Below are positions 18,462 to 28,740 of a stretch of 64,000 bases of DNA, piece by piece (position 1 is the stretch's first letter; every line of letters begins with the position of its first letter). A model generated the notes under the pieces. That model searched no databases and was not told where the DNA came from. It saw only the letters and a list, made by a program, of their open reading frames with translations. A program made the translations under genes and the position numbers. Source of the stretch: an uncultured virus (IMG/VR IMGVR_UViG_3300037504_000366) (lineage: Duplodnaviria > Heunggongvirae > Uroviricota > Caudoviricetes); IMG/VR virus record IMGVR_UViG_3300037504_000366; one strand, 5' to 3'.

Positions 18462-19619
18462 ATGGGATTACAACTGCCCATGAACTCCCTGTTTGGGATG
18501 GCTATCCAACAGGGCGCAGGGGCTAATGATCACGCGAAGATGGCGGCTGGGTATGAGCAATTAAACTCGACCGACAACCAATTTCGCTGGTTTATCCTGA
18601 CAGATTACGCTTTGGCCCCTGTAAAGAACCAGGCCAACCTCCCGCCAGAGATTAACCCTCGCGCTCTGAGCGCCGGTACCTATGTGACCGGTGTGTGGGC
18701 GCAAGGTCCCGTGAGTATGATTCCGAGGCTCAGCGACCAGTTCGGTTGGCTGATGCTGGCTGCCATGGGACACGTTAGCACAGTGTCTGATACGACTGCT
18801 GCCAATGTGTTTGGTGTGCAGGGCGGTGATGCTGGGATCAACTCTCATCTCTTTACGTTCTACGACGATGATCAATACTTCCAGCCCTGGTTGACGTTGC
18901 GGCGTTTGTTGCCGCACACGACTGCTGCCGAGGTTCTGGGGGCTATATTCCAAGATGGACGTATCGCAAGTATGACGCTTAATGCTGCTGCTGCATCACC
19001 AGTTACAGCAGACATTAACTTCCTGGCGAGAGTTAACCAATCCAACTATGTGTTCAACCCAGCGCCGGGTTGGACCGAGAGCTATGACGATCTGTACGAC
19101 TTTGGCGTCACAAGCTGCGATGGGTACTTCAGGGTCGGCGGTGTTAACTTCCCGGTGACCACGATGAGCCTCACGCTGGCAAACTCGCTGCTTCAACCGC
19201 AGCAGAGTATCACTATCGGCACTGTGCATCCAGAGGACTTCCCGAATTTGGGCAGAACCGCCCAGTTCACGGCTACGTTCCTGGTTGAGGACTACGACCT
19301 GTACGCCAGCATCTTTGCTGGTACTGCTGTCGACTTTGATGGCAGTTCTGGAGAAAACGTTGCGTGCCAGGTGTATGACGCTGACCTAGATGTTATGCTA
19401 GCGTCTCAAACCTACATCAGTGGCACAGAGCCGTACAAGCTCAGAATCGTATCCAACACGACTGGTGATGATAACGTAACCTGGTCTGTCGCGCCGATTC
19501 GTATTCAGCCCAACCAGCCGATTGTGATGCAGGTTACGGGCGATATCAAGGCCGTGGGCAGCGGGTTCCCGCTGTACGCGATCTTGCAGAACGCCCAGAC
19601 CAACTACGAACTACCGTAG
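18462..19619 (+). CDS. Major tail tube protein
   Basis: Strong SD AAGGAGG; beta-rich with SHLFT, IASMTLNA, SLTLANSL; upstream of chaperones and tape measure. Confidence 0.75.
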   Translation: MGLQLPMNSLFGMAIQQGAGANDHAKMAAGYEQLNSTDNQFRWFILTDYALAPVKNQANLPPEINPRALSAGTYVTGVWAQGPVSMIPRLSDQFGWLMLAAMGHVSTVSDTTAANVFGVQGGDAGINSHLFTFYDDDQYFQPWLTLRRLLPHTTAAEVLGAIFQDGRIASMTLNAAAASPVTADINFLARVNQSNYVFNPAPGWTESYDDLYDFGVTSCDGYFRVGGVNFPVTTMSLTLANSLLQPQQSITIGTVHPEDFPNLGRTAQFTATFLVEDYDLYASIFAGTAVDFDGSSGENVACQVYDADLDVMLASQTYISGTEPYKLRIVSNTTGDDNVTWSVAPIRIQPNQPIVMQVTGDIKAVGSGFPLYAILQNAQTNYELP

Positions 19620-19621
19620 GT

Positions 19622-19891
19622 ATGACTATGAAGCTAACCATCAATCAAATGGTGGGCTTGGCTACTAGAAGTATCCAGAGTGAGCCAAGATCCTTGCTGG
19701 CCAACTCGGTTCTCAAGGATCTTGGCAAGCTCTCAAGAGGGCTAGGCCACCTGGGAGAAATAGAGGTGGAGCTTGAAGAGAGAGTAGAGCCATCCGAGGA
19801 TTTTGGGAAGCCCTCGCACGCGCAGAGCGAGAGCGAGGGCGCGACAAACGATGCAAGCATTACAATGATTAAGGACTTGCTACTCAAGTAA
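19622..19891 (+). CDS. Hypothetical protein
   Basis: ORF fills the gap between tail tube and chaperone. Confidence 0.55.
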   Translation: MTMKLTINQMVGLATRSIQSEPRSLLANSVLKDLGKLSRGLGHLGEIEVELEERVEPSEDFGKPSHAQSESEGATNDASITMIKDLLLK

Positions 19892-19905
19892 AAGGAGTAA
19901 TAGCT

Positions 19906-20370
19906 GTGGGAATCAAGATTACACCAGTGGTAAAGAGCAGGATCGTTCTGGCAGAGGTCCACGAGACGTTCGCAAATAAGGAAGGCGAGTGCCCTGATGA
20001 CGAAAGGGCATGGGTCTCCGTGAAGCAGGCAGCCGAGATGGACAACATAGACGTTGAGGAACAACGCAAGAACGTTCGCTTTAGCTATGATGAGGAAGGC
20101 CGACCGGTAGAACAGTACAGTACCAACGTGCGCAAGCTATGGGCAATGCAGGCCTATAGAACCCTGACAGACTCGGGCAACATTAGCGGGTTCGATGGCA
20201 AGCCCCTATTCGAGTTTGAGGACACGGCTTTTGGGCATGGCAAGGTCAAAGGTGGATACCAGGACTTTCTCGATCGATGGGGGCAACTCCCGTCTTATGT
20301 CACCGGGGCTATCATGAGCGCCATCTATGAACTAAACCCGGACTGGAAATGGTGGGAATCGGGGGAATAG
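19906..20370 (+). CDS. Tail assembly chaperone (gpG-like)
   Basis: SD AAGGAG; between tail tube and tape measure; ends in slippery GGGGGAA-TAG. Confidence 0.7.
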   Translation: MGIKITPVVKSRIVLAEVHETFANKEGECPDDERAWVSVKQAAEMDNIDVEEQRKNVRFSYDEEGRPVEQYSTNVRKLWAMQAYRTLTDSGNISGFDGKPLFEFEDTAFGHGKVKGGYQDFLDRWGQLPSYVTGAIMSAIYELNPDWKWWESGE

Positions 20371-20690
20371 GAAAGCGTCTGGATGATGTGACAGATGCGG
20401 TAAGGGATTACCTTCTGTATGAATGGTACTCATCCTCTGATCATCAAAGGCAACTTAAGATCAGGCAAATGGCCCTGCGGCCACCAGACGCAGAGTACCC
20501 AGAAATCTTAACAGAGCTAAGACGATACGAAAACGGTCACCTTTACTGGCCAGGCGGAATAGGCAATCAGCCGCATTTTCTCTTACTCGAGTTCGGTGCG
20601 TGCAAGCGAGGGCGGGGCCAAGCGCTAGAGGAAATAGCGAATATGGAGAATCTCATTAATGGCTCTAAACCTCAAACAGCTAGCACGTAA
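20349..20690 (+). CDS. Tail assembly chaperone extension (gpT-like)
   Basis: Open -1 frame overlapping the chaperone end; WPGGIGNQP motif. Confidence 0.65.
   Translation: MVGIGGIGKRLDDVTDAVRDYLLYEWYSSSDHQRQLKIRQMALRPPDAEYPEILTELRRYENGHLYWPGGIGNQPHFLLLEFGACKRGRGQALEEIANMENLINGSKPQTAST
20361..20367 (+). other. Putative programmed -1 ribosomal frameshift site GGGGGAA
   Basis: G GGG GAA TAG at the end of the chaperone; the overlapping ORF to 20690 is in the -1 frame. Confidence 0.7.
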
Positions 20691-23600
20691 GGCATACGAA
20701 GAGCAATTAGAGAGCACGGGCTCTGGTGTCGAAAGATATACCGACCCAGAGACTGGTGTCACGCATCTGGTAGACCCGGACGGCAGTCCGTTTTTGTCAG
20801 ACGATCCGTCCGCTGCCGCCTGGGCATACAGCGAGGGCGGTCCTGACCGGTTCGCTACACCGAGCGGTGAAACCAGGGAGCAAAAAGAGGCAAGGGCTCA
20901 ACTTGGGTTCGAGAATCTCCCATCACAAGAGAGGGTCAACCTGATCCAGCAGGGACATCTCATCCCCGCACATGCTATTCCTCAAAGTCAGGAAGACGTT
21001 ACAAGAAAAGATCTGTACGAGCTTGCCAAGAGGATCAACATTACTGGCAGGGGCGGGCAGGTCGGATCCAGATCTACAAAGGCCGAACTGTTTGAGGCAG
21101 TTCAATCTACACTATCCAACTGGGTACCGGTAAGACCCAAGTCACAGCCTTTCCAGGCGACCGAGTCTATAAAGACTGGTACGTCTGATCCAGCGGCGGC
21201 GAGAGAAACCTACAAAAAGTGGGGCTATGCTGGTCCTGGGCAGCCAGTAGATATGAGCAACCGCAATGCCCAGATCATTCTGTCTCAAGCAGCCCAGATG
21301 GGTATTACCAGAGAGCAGGCAGTGGCGGAGCTGGGCGCAGCTAGGGATGCTGGTATTATAGAGAATAATGTCGGCGCTGCAATATCCCACCTACAACAAA
21401 AGTTTGTGCCTGGCTACGAGCAGACTAGATCCAAGTGGCTATCGTCAGGTCCATCCAACCGGGAGGCCGCAGAGGGCGGGTTCCCGGGACCCGATATGTT
21501 CAGGACACTGCCAGAGCATAGGCAAGTGAGGATGGCTGGCTCTGTCCACGTTAACGACCTCGATCAAGATGATTACGGCCAGCCCATTGTTCCCAAGGGT
21601 TACATTCGCAGGGGGCAGCACGTATTCCCAATCGAGGCCATTACTGAGGCCTCTCCGCTGGCCAGGACCCCAGAGGGAAAGAACATATCCACATTCGAGC
21701 CAAGCAAGCTGGAGAAGCGCGTTCAGATGCTTGGCGCACACGAGACCGTGCAAATGACCGGTCTCAAGAGCGCGCCAGAGTTTCTCAAAGAGGGCGTTTC
21801 TAGTCCAAGACCAGAGACTCGTAGACAGATATGGCGCGGTGCTGTTGTGTTGGGTGGTGATGTAGCCGGTGGACCAGGCGCGGCGTACATAGATCCCTCT
21901 GTTGGTAGGGCATCGCAGACTGTGTACAGACACATTCCCCCGGCACCTGGGGATGTGCAGAACTGGGTAGCTATGAGGGGGGCCACGTTCGATCCAGAGA
22001 GCCAAATGCAGCTAGCGGGCGGGATGTCGCCACAGCAGACCGGCAAGTGGCGGTACACCGTAATGGATGCCGGTCCTGAGTTTACGCCTGTTAGGAATGA
22101 GGAAGGAGAGATCATAGACTACGCCGAAAGCGGTGTTGGTCTAACAATGCAGCGCTCGGCAGATATCGACAGGGCACGCATTGCTCTCAAGACTGGCACT
22201 AAGGCACAGGGTATAAGTAGGGACCTGAGTAGTGTTACTGGTGCTGAGGGGCTGCACTTTATGGCTGCGAACAAGGACTTGCAGCTATTGATATATGAGA
22301 ACTATGCAGCTAGGGGCAAGGAGGCATTAAGGGAGGACATCGCACAGTATAGGACAGAGGTCCTGGAGCAACCAACTTCTGCCGCAGATGTGCAGCTTCC
22401 AGAAAGCTGGCAGGAAATTGGCCAGGAGGCAATAAAGGCTTGGGAACATGTCCAGATGCCTAAGATGCTCAGGACAGTTACTGTGCCAGAAACTCTGACG
22501 CCCGAACACTACCAGAGATATAAAGATGCCGGTAGCATTGTTGAGGGGTCAGAGAGATTTAACGAAGAGACAGGACTGTACGATGTGAGGATCCAGTATC
22601 AGGCGCTGGTGGGCGACTTTGCAAAGCTGGCCTCGCACGAGTACCCGTTCAAGCGTCCGTTCCTCTCTAGGTCCGAGCTCGAGAGCATGAAGGCCGTCAA
22701 TCCTGACGAGTACAACCGCATTATGGAGCTCAGTCGCCCGATCAGAGAGTCATACCGCGACGTAATGCGCGCCCAGTTAGCCACCACCGGCAAGTTTGAC
22801 TACCCAGAGGGTACAATGGCTCCAGGCAGGCGTGGGCTAGAGCAGTTCTTTATGTCGGCCCAGATGAGTGCCGAGGCCAAGTCATCAAACCCATCCAGGG
22901 CGCTGCTGGGCAGGGAGTTGCTCACATCGCTACAAAGCGAGACATTGGGAGATCCGGATGCTACTGTGGGTCCAGAGGGACCTGGCCAGTTCCTGATGAA
23001 GTCATCCCAGATCAAGCCAACAGTGAACCCGCTACGCGAATCCCCTATGCTGTTCAAGCACGGCGACCAAGAGTTGGTGATTCCATCGCCCGCCGCATTG
23101 CAGAGATTCAGCACAATGGGCAGGTTCGAGGGCGAGGAAGGATCGGAGTACATTAACGCGATACATGACCTATTGCTTAATAGGGTGGAGGAGCAGGAGG
23201 AAGGGGATTATGGCAAGGCGTTCGCAACAGTTGCTCGATTGCAACGCGAGCTCGTTGCAGGGCCAAAGTTCCAGAGGGCGCTAGAGGGTGCATACTTGCC
23301 GCACAGCCAGTCCAGAGGTGATGTGCTCCACCAAAGTATGGCTCTGCATCCAAACGAGGTGTACATACCCGGTATGGAGGGTGAGCTCATAAGAGCGGTC
23401 CGGTTCCCGTCTGGCAGGAGTGAGTCGTACGAGAAAGATATGGTGTTGCGAGGGCTCACAAAGGAACAGGCACGCGAGCGTAACCTCAATACTGGTGTAG
23501 CCCAGTTCAGTCCCGAGATGGTGCAAGCCCTGCGGGGCGACGTAGATGGTGACAAGTTCCTTGCCCTAGCAGCCGGTGATGCGTATGTGGCCTACGATGG

Positions 23601-26600
23601 TCAGGTCAGGTCCAAGTCAGACAATTCCATACTCGGGAACTACGACTCCATTGTGGAGAGCGCAAGCCGGGCTGTTGCAAGGGGTGCTGGTGCGTTTGAG
23701 GATGAACTTGCTGGCTACAAAGAGGATGCGCTGGATTACACCGGCGCGGAAGATATGCTTAGGGGCATTCTCGGCAATATGCACGAGATGGATGCTGAGG
23801 AGATGCAGCGCCAGATTGATGCAGGGACAGAGCTTAGAGGCAGGATCGGCTCTTACTATAATGTATTCGAGAGACAGAGAGGTATTTTCAGAACACAAAC
23901 TGGCGAGCTGGACCAGGAACGGTTGCAGGCATACGAAGCTCTATTTGAGGCATCCCACGGTCGTGCCCAGAGACCGGCAGAGCAGGTTCCTGGAATGGCT
24001 GCGTTCCAATCCCTAGCCAAGAGCGCGATCGCTCACAAGAAACCTGGTGGCGGATACACGTCCGCCAGAGGGTCTTGGTCAGACAAGCTACAGGGTTGGC
24101 GTGGCTTTAAATACGCTGGTCCAAGAAAGGGGCTCGCCGGGATTCAAAGAGAAACCATCGGTGCACTAACTGACCCTGCTGGTGAGGTCCCAATGTCTCC
24201 GAGGCAAATGGCCATCACTATGGCTCAACCAGGCAGAGAGGAGGAGTTCGAGGAGGCGCTCAGGGAGTATCAGCCCCTCAGGCAAAGATTTAACGAGGGG
24301 GATGAGAGCGCACAAACTACTCTTGGCATTGCTAGAGCATTCCAGAAAATGCTGGATGCCGCAGGCACCCCATACGAGTGGGCCACTGGAACAATGACCG
24401 GACAGATCATTGCGCCGAGGGCCACTGTTAAAGGCATAGAGCATCTAAAAAGCCAAGGCCTAACAGAGGAGGAAATCCAGAAAGAGACTGGCCTTACTGC
24501 ACAGCAGCAGCAGGATCTTGCTGATATGTGGGAAACTCAGCAGCAATACATCGAGTCAGTTGGCAAGAAGGTCGATCCCACTGATGAATCCATACTGGAG
24601 ACTATGGCCGCGTTGCAGGAGGTCGGATACGGCGAGTGGGTTCAGCCCAGATCGGCCACTCCCAGAACCGCCGCGGAGAGCCACGATCCAAACATGCGTG
24701 CCACTAGGGCGGCAGTTGCCGCTGGGCCGCCAGCCCCGATGGTGGACGAGAGTCTGCTGGCATACGCAGAAGCCAATCCGTTTGCTGGCCCTCCGCGGCC
24801 CGGCGCAGGTGAACCTGGCGCAGGCCCACCGCCACCACCACCACCACCACCCGGAGTGGGTGGACCTGGAAATACTCCACCACCACCGCCCAGAGCGGGC
24901 GGATCTGGAACTCCACCGCCGCCGCCACCTCCCGGAGCGCGTCGACCTAGTGCTGGGCACCAGCGTCGGGAGAGTGAGGGTGCGGGACAGACGCCGTCGC
25001 CGGAACCTGCCACGGGTGGATCTGGAGCTATTCCACCACCTCCACCTCCACCTGCACCACCAGGTTTTCCTGATCCAGAGGATGAAGGTCCAGAGAGGCG
25101 GCCTTTCAAGATAGATCCATCAACTGGTATGCCAGTTGGTATGACCCAGGAGGAATTTTTTGAGGCAGTCTCCAAAGGCGAAATAAGAGGGCCTTCATCC
25201 GGTGCAGAAAGCAGAGGGTTCAGAGGCGTAGGGTTCTCCACATCGGAAAGCACTGGCGCTGATGCATTCCTTGGAGATCAACCTTCTGCGGCAGAAGGGT
25301 TGCCCACGCAAATGTCTCTAGGTTCGGATGTAGAGCCGGAGAATGCTGATATAAGCTCGAGACGTGCACGCCAGGGCGAATCGGTCTCCGAGATGAGGCA
25401 GAGGTTCGAGAAAAACAAGGCGCGCACGGTCGGAATGTCACCCTCCGAGAGCCGCAAGATTCTACAATCCGCTAGACCGGCATCCGCGACCCCAGGCCAG
25501 GCTGTTGATAGAGCACATGCAGAGGCCAAGGCGCAAAGGGCTGAGGGTGGCGGCAGAGGAGACCGCCAGGCAGTCCAGCGCTACGAGAGTCTGGTATCAA
25601 GTATATTTGGCGTGACAGGAGATGAGTTCAAGGAAGCCACAAAGCTGATGTCCGAGAACCTTGGTAGATGGGCCAAGGAGATGGAGCCGGTTATTGATGG
25701 CACCAAAGAGATGGACAAGAATCTATCCGGTGCCTCAAAGATGATATTGAAGTGGCAAAAGACAATGACTCGCGGATTAAGAATGGCCGAGGGTCAACCA
25801 GAACTTGCTGCTGCCTCACGACAAGCCGAAGAGGTGCTGGGCAGACCGGAGGCCGCAATCCTTGGTAGCGTATCCCGAATGATGGAGCAATCCAAATTTG
25901 AGGAATACTTGCCAGAGGATCAGCAGCCGACATTTAGAGAAAGACTAGCTGGCACAGGCCGAGTTGGCCGGTTCCTGGCCGAAGGTCCTGGTGGTGGCGC
26001 GCTCGACAAGGCAAGCCGGGACATTTTCTCTGGATGGGAGCTAATGAGACTCCAGAGAATGTGGGGGATGACTGGCGGCAGGGCATTCGCCAACATCCCG
26101 GTTGCGGCACAAGACGAGCAGCTAACAATGCAGGCCGCGATGGCCAACATGCCAATGGGCCAGGGCAGGATAGGTGGTATGGGGCTCGACTTGCTTGCCA
26201 ACCAAGCTCGCGAGCAGAGAATGAATATCGGTATAGGCCGTGCTGCATATCAGGCCTACGGACCTCTGATGGGCCTTGCGGCTCAACCAGGTATGTCTGA
26301 GGCAATCGGGGTTGGTGGACCGGCGATTGGTGCCGGTTTGATGGCCGGTGGTGTTGCGCAGATGCTCGGCTTGGGATCAATGCTTGGTGTTGGCCTACCC
26401 GCCACTGCCCTGGCCGCCCTTGTTGGCGGAGGGCTCTATATGGCCAACGCCGGGTCTACGCAGACTAAGCAGGCCGAAACACTAGCCAGGTACCGGCAGG
26501 GCAGTGGCACTTTGGGCATTCTTGGGTCTGGCGCTGGTCGGAAGCACGTCTTTAATGTAAAAGATGCCAAAGGCAGTAGATGGGGCGCTATGACCGAGCA

Positions 26601-28740
26601 GGAGCGCGAGACCTGGATGTTGTCCAGCAGGATCAGATCTGGCGACATCGGGGGTCTTACCGCCGATCAGAGAATGGCATCGATCAGATACGCAACAGAA
26701 TACTATGCCCCTGAGTGGATGGAGCCAGAGGCAGCCAAGCAACAACTGGCCCAATGGGTCAAGTACAGCCCGGACGCTGATAACTACCAGGATATTTACA
26801 GAGACCCGATGTTCGAGCAGTTGGCCGCTGCCGGGATGAGCCCCGAAGAATTTGTGAAGAAGGCTCAGGGCATGGGTGCCGGTACAGCCGATTGGCAGAG
26901 GCTGGCACGGATGTACATGCGCCGCGGACCTGCCGAGTCTATGGAGCTGGAGAGGACATCTAGTCGATGGGGCGGCTTGCAGGGGTTCGGCTTGAGCCAG
27001 ATAGATATTATGGAAGGCGCTTTCTCGGCAAGAGCTCCTGGAACAGACGAAGAGGACATAAGGAGTGCGCTATCCATTACAGCAGATCTGCTGGGTGGCA
27101 TCGCTGGTGGCCAGCTATCAGACTTTAACGATAGGCTGGTCGAGATGTCTGGCGCACTAGACATCCCGACCGAGCAGCTTGGGGAGATCAGTAAACTATC
27201 GTCGCAGAGGCTAGAAGAGGTAGGCGGTATAATGCAGCGCTACCGGCTGGCTGGATTCAATACGCTTACGCGGGAGCAGTTTGCCTCTCGCGCCGCCCAA
27301 GGCGGCGCGCAGTTCATAGACGAGCAGTACGCCAGAATGCCCACGCTACAGGCTCAGCTTGGCATGCGACAGAGCTTGATCGGTATGGGTGCTAGAGGGG
27401 ATATCGCCACACAGACTGCGCAACTGTTCGAGTCTACCTCTGATATGCAACGGTTCTCAGGACTGTTAAGTGGGGATCAGCGGACATACAATCTCCTGGC
27501 CCAGGGGTTCCAGGGCGGTATGATGGGATCGATGGGACCTGTCAACATTGGCGGGACCATAATCGATGCTGGCCAGATGACCTCTATGCGCTCGATGATG
27601 AGCTCGGGACTAAGAACCCTGATAGGCCCAGAGGCCGCCGACAATGCTATGGGGATGATCTCTGAACTGGCCCCGACAATGGAGATGGATACAGGGCTCA
27701 GGCAGGGTACAACGGGACTTGACTGGCGGCGTGACCAGTGGTTAGACAGCGCTGTGGTGCCAGAGAACGTAAGGTCTGATCTGGTTGATACCTTTGCCAC
27801 CATTATGGAAGAAGGTGGACAGAGGGCATTGCAGGCCAGCCAGAGCGACCTCAGATATGCGTACCAGGATTTTGGGTTCAGCCAGCAAGCCAGGCGACAG
27901 AACTGGCAAGAGGTATCCCAATTCGGTGGTGACTTTGAGGGTAGGTTCCAAACCAGAGGCCGGTTCGCCATCCAGCGTGAGATGCGCGATCTATCCAGAA
28001 TGTTCCAGGACTGGCAGCAAGATTACAATGAGGCAAATCGCCAGGTGCAGTACAACCAGTTTATGGAAAACTGGAATGTCAGATCACAGAGATTGCCTGT
28101 TCAGTTCGAGAGACGTAGAGAGGATCTGGCATTCAGCGGCGCTCAGCAATCCCTTAACTTTGGTTGGGGGATGGAGGACATGCAAGAGCAGCTAAGGTTT
28201 GCTACTGGCCGTGATCGCCGCAGACTTCTGCGGCAGATGGAGCGATCCACCATCCGGTTTGGGATGGGTATGGGCAGGCTAGACACGCAGGGCGAACGCC
28301 TTGATCAAGATGAACAATGGGCCAGAGAGGATCTTGATAGACAACGCCGACAGTTCGAGGAACGCTTTAGACTGCAGGACGAGTATCAAGAGCGCTACAG
28401 AATGTACATCGAGCAACGCAGAGAGCTCGAGGATGAAATGCAAGACATCCAGGAGTTTGGGGCCAGGCTACAGATCGATATGGCAAACGAGCAACTCGAG
28501 AAACAGCGCGAGCTTGAGGAGCAAATGAGAGCCATCAATGCCGTTATGACCGCACGCAACCAGGCTATGGAGGACTACACGGCCAAGATCACAGTGATTA
28601 CACAGTATATAGGCTGGATGATCGAGCAATACAGTGCAGGTGGAGCCTTGAGAACATCCACAGCCAGCTTCTTTGCAGACTTTGAGGCTCATCTGATAGA
28701 CTTGCAGGGCAACCTGCCGGTTTACTTGGGGGGTGACTAA
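20659..28740 (+). CDS. Tape measure protein with N-terminal two-barrel RNA polymerase-like region (putative virion RNAP fusion)
   Basis: 2693 aa in the TMP position; beta'-like DPBB FQRALEG...LHPNEVYIP...VRFP...QFSPEMVQALRGDVDGDKF (D961/D963/D965); Pro-rich linker; Gly/Ala hydrophobic segment and C-terminal coiled coil. Confidence 0.8.
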   Translation: MALNLKQLARKAYEEQLESTGSGVERYTDPETGVTHLVDPDGSPFLSDDPSAAAWAYSEGGPDRFATPSGETREQKEARAQLGFENLPSQERVNLIQQGHLIPAHAIPQSQEDVTRKDLYELAKRINITGRGGQVGSRSTKAELFEAVQSTLSNWVPVRPKSQPFQATESIKTGTSDPAAARETYKKWGYAGPGQPVDMSNRNAQIILSQAAQMGITREQAVAELGAARDAGIIENNVGAAISHLQQKFVPGYEQTRSKWLSSGPSNREAAEGGFPGPDMFRTLPEHRQVRMAGSVHVNDLDQDDYGQPIVPKGYIRRGQHVFPIEAITEASPLARTPEGKNISTFEPSKLEKRVQMLGAHETVQMTGLKSAPEFLKEGVSSPRPETRRQIWRGAVVLGGDVAGGPGAAYIDPSVGRASQTVYRHIPPAPGDVQNWVAMRGATFDPESQMQLAGGMSPQQTGKWRYTVMDAGPEFTPVRNEEGEIIDYAESGVGLTMQRSADIDRARIALKTGTKAQGISRDLSSVTGAEGLHFMAANKDLQLLIYENYAARGKEALREDIAQYRTEVLEQPTSAADVQLPESWQEIGQEAIKAWEHVQMPKMLRTVTVPETLTPEHYQRYKDAGSIVEGSERFNEETGLYDVRIQYQALVGDFAKLASHEYPFKRPFLSRSELESMKAVNPDEYNRIMELSRPIRESYRDVMRAQLATTGKFDYPEGTMAPGRRGLEQFFMSAQMSAEAKSSNPSRALLGRELLTSLQSETLGDPDATVGPEGPGQFLMKSSQIKPTVNPLRESPMLFKHGDQELVIPSPAALQRFSTMGRFEGEEGSEYINAIHDLLLNRVEEQEEGDYGKAFATVARLQRELVAGPKFQRALEGAYLPHSQSRGDVLHQSMALHPNEVYIPGMEGELIRAVRFPSGRSESYEKDMVLRGLTKEQARERNLNTGVAQFSPEMVQALRGDVDGDKFLALAAGDAYVAYDGQVRSKSDNSILGNYDSIVESASRAVARGAGAFEDELAGYKEDALDYTGAEDMLRGILGNMHEMDAEEMQRQIDAGTELRGRIGSYYNVFERQRGIFRTQTGELDQERLQAYEALFEASHGRAQRPAEQVPGMAAFQSLAKSAIAHKKPGGGYTSARGSWSDKLQGWRGFKYAGPRKGLAGIQRETIGALTDPAGEVPMSPRQMAITMAQPGREEEFEEALREYQPLRQRFNEGDESAQTTLGIARAFQKMLDAAGTPYEWATGTMTGQIIAPRATVKGIEHLKSQGLTEEEIQKETGLTAQQQQDLADMWETQQQYIESVGKKVDPTDESILETMAALQEVGYGEWVQPRSATPRTAAESHDPNMRATRAAVAAGPPAPMVDESLLAYAEANPFAGPPRPGAGEPGAGPPPPPPPPPGVGGPGNTPPPPPRAGGSGTPPPPPPPGARRPSAGHQRRESEGAGQTPSPEPATGGSGAIPPPPPPPAPPGFPDPEDEGPERRPFKIDPSTGMPVGMTQEEFFEAVSKGEIRGPSSGAESRGFRGVGFSTSESTGADAFLGDQPSAAEGLPTQMSLGSDVEPENADISSRRARQGESVSEMRQRFEKNKARTVGMSPSESRKILQSARPASATPGQAVDRAHAEAKAQRAEGGGRGDRQAVQRYESLVSSIFGVTGDEFKEATKLMSENLGRWAKEMEPVIDGTKEMDKNLSGASKMILKWQKTMTRGLRMAEGQPELAAASRQAEEVLGRPEAAILGSVSRMMEQSKFEEYLPEDQQPTFRERLAGTGRVGRFLAEGPGGGALDKASRDIFSGWELMRLQRMWGMTGGRAFANIPVAAQDEQLTMQAAMANMPMGQGRIGGMGLDLLANQAREQRMNIGIGRAAYQAYGPLMGLAAQPGMSEAIGVGGPAIGAGLMAGGVAQMLGLGSMLGVGLPATALAALVGGGLYMANAGSTQTKQAETLARYRQGSGTLGILGSGAGRKHVFNVKDAKGSRWGAMTEQERETWMLSSRIRSGDIGGLTADQRMASIRYATEYYAPEWMEPEAAKQQLAQWVKYSPDADNYQDIYRDPMFEQLAAAGMSPEEFVKKAQGMGAGTADWQRLARMYMRRGPAESMELERTSSRWGGLQGFGLSQIDIMEGAFSARAPGTDEEDIRSALSITADLLGGIAGGQLSDFNDRLVEMSGALDIPTEQLGEISKLSSQRLEEVGGIMQRYRLAGFNTLTREQFASRAAQGGAQFIDEQYARMPTLQAQLGMRQSLIGMGARGDIATQTAQLFESTSDMQRFSGLLSGDQRTYNLLAQGFQGGMMGSMGPVNIGGTIIDAGQMTSMRSMMSSGLRTLIGPEAADNAMGMISELAPTMEMDTGLRQGTTGLDWRRDQWLDSAVVPENVRSDLVDTFATIMEEGGQRALQASQSDLRYAYQDFGFSQQARRQNWQEVSQFGGDFEGRFQTRGRFAIQREMRDLSRMFQDWQQDYNEANRQVQYNQFMENWNVRSQRLPVQFERRREDLAFSGAQQSLNFGWGMEDMQEQLRFATGRDRRRLLRQMERSTIRFGMGMGRLDTQGERLDQDEQWAREDLDRQRRQFEERFRLQDEYQERYRMYIEQRRELEDEMQDIQEFGARLQIDMANEQLEKQRELEEQMRAINAVMTARNQAMEDYTAKITVITQYIGWMIEQYSAGGALRTSTASFFADFEAHLIDLQGNLPVYLGGD

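Noticed and set aside
24827..25062. CCA/CCT/CCG runs as a non-coding microsatellite or antisense Gly-rich gene
   Set aside because: Third positions vary while keeping Pro, so the runs are explained by the coding linker
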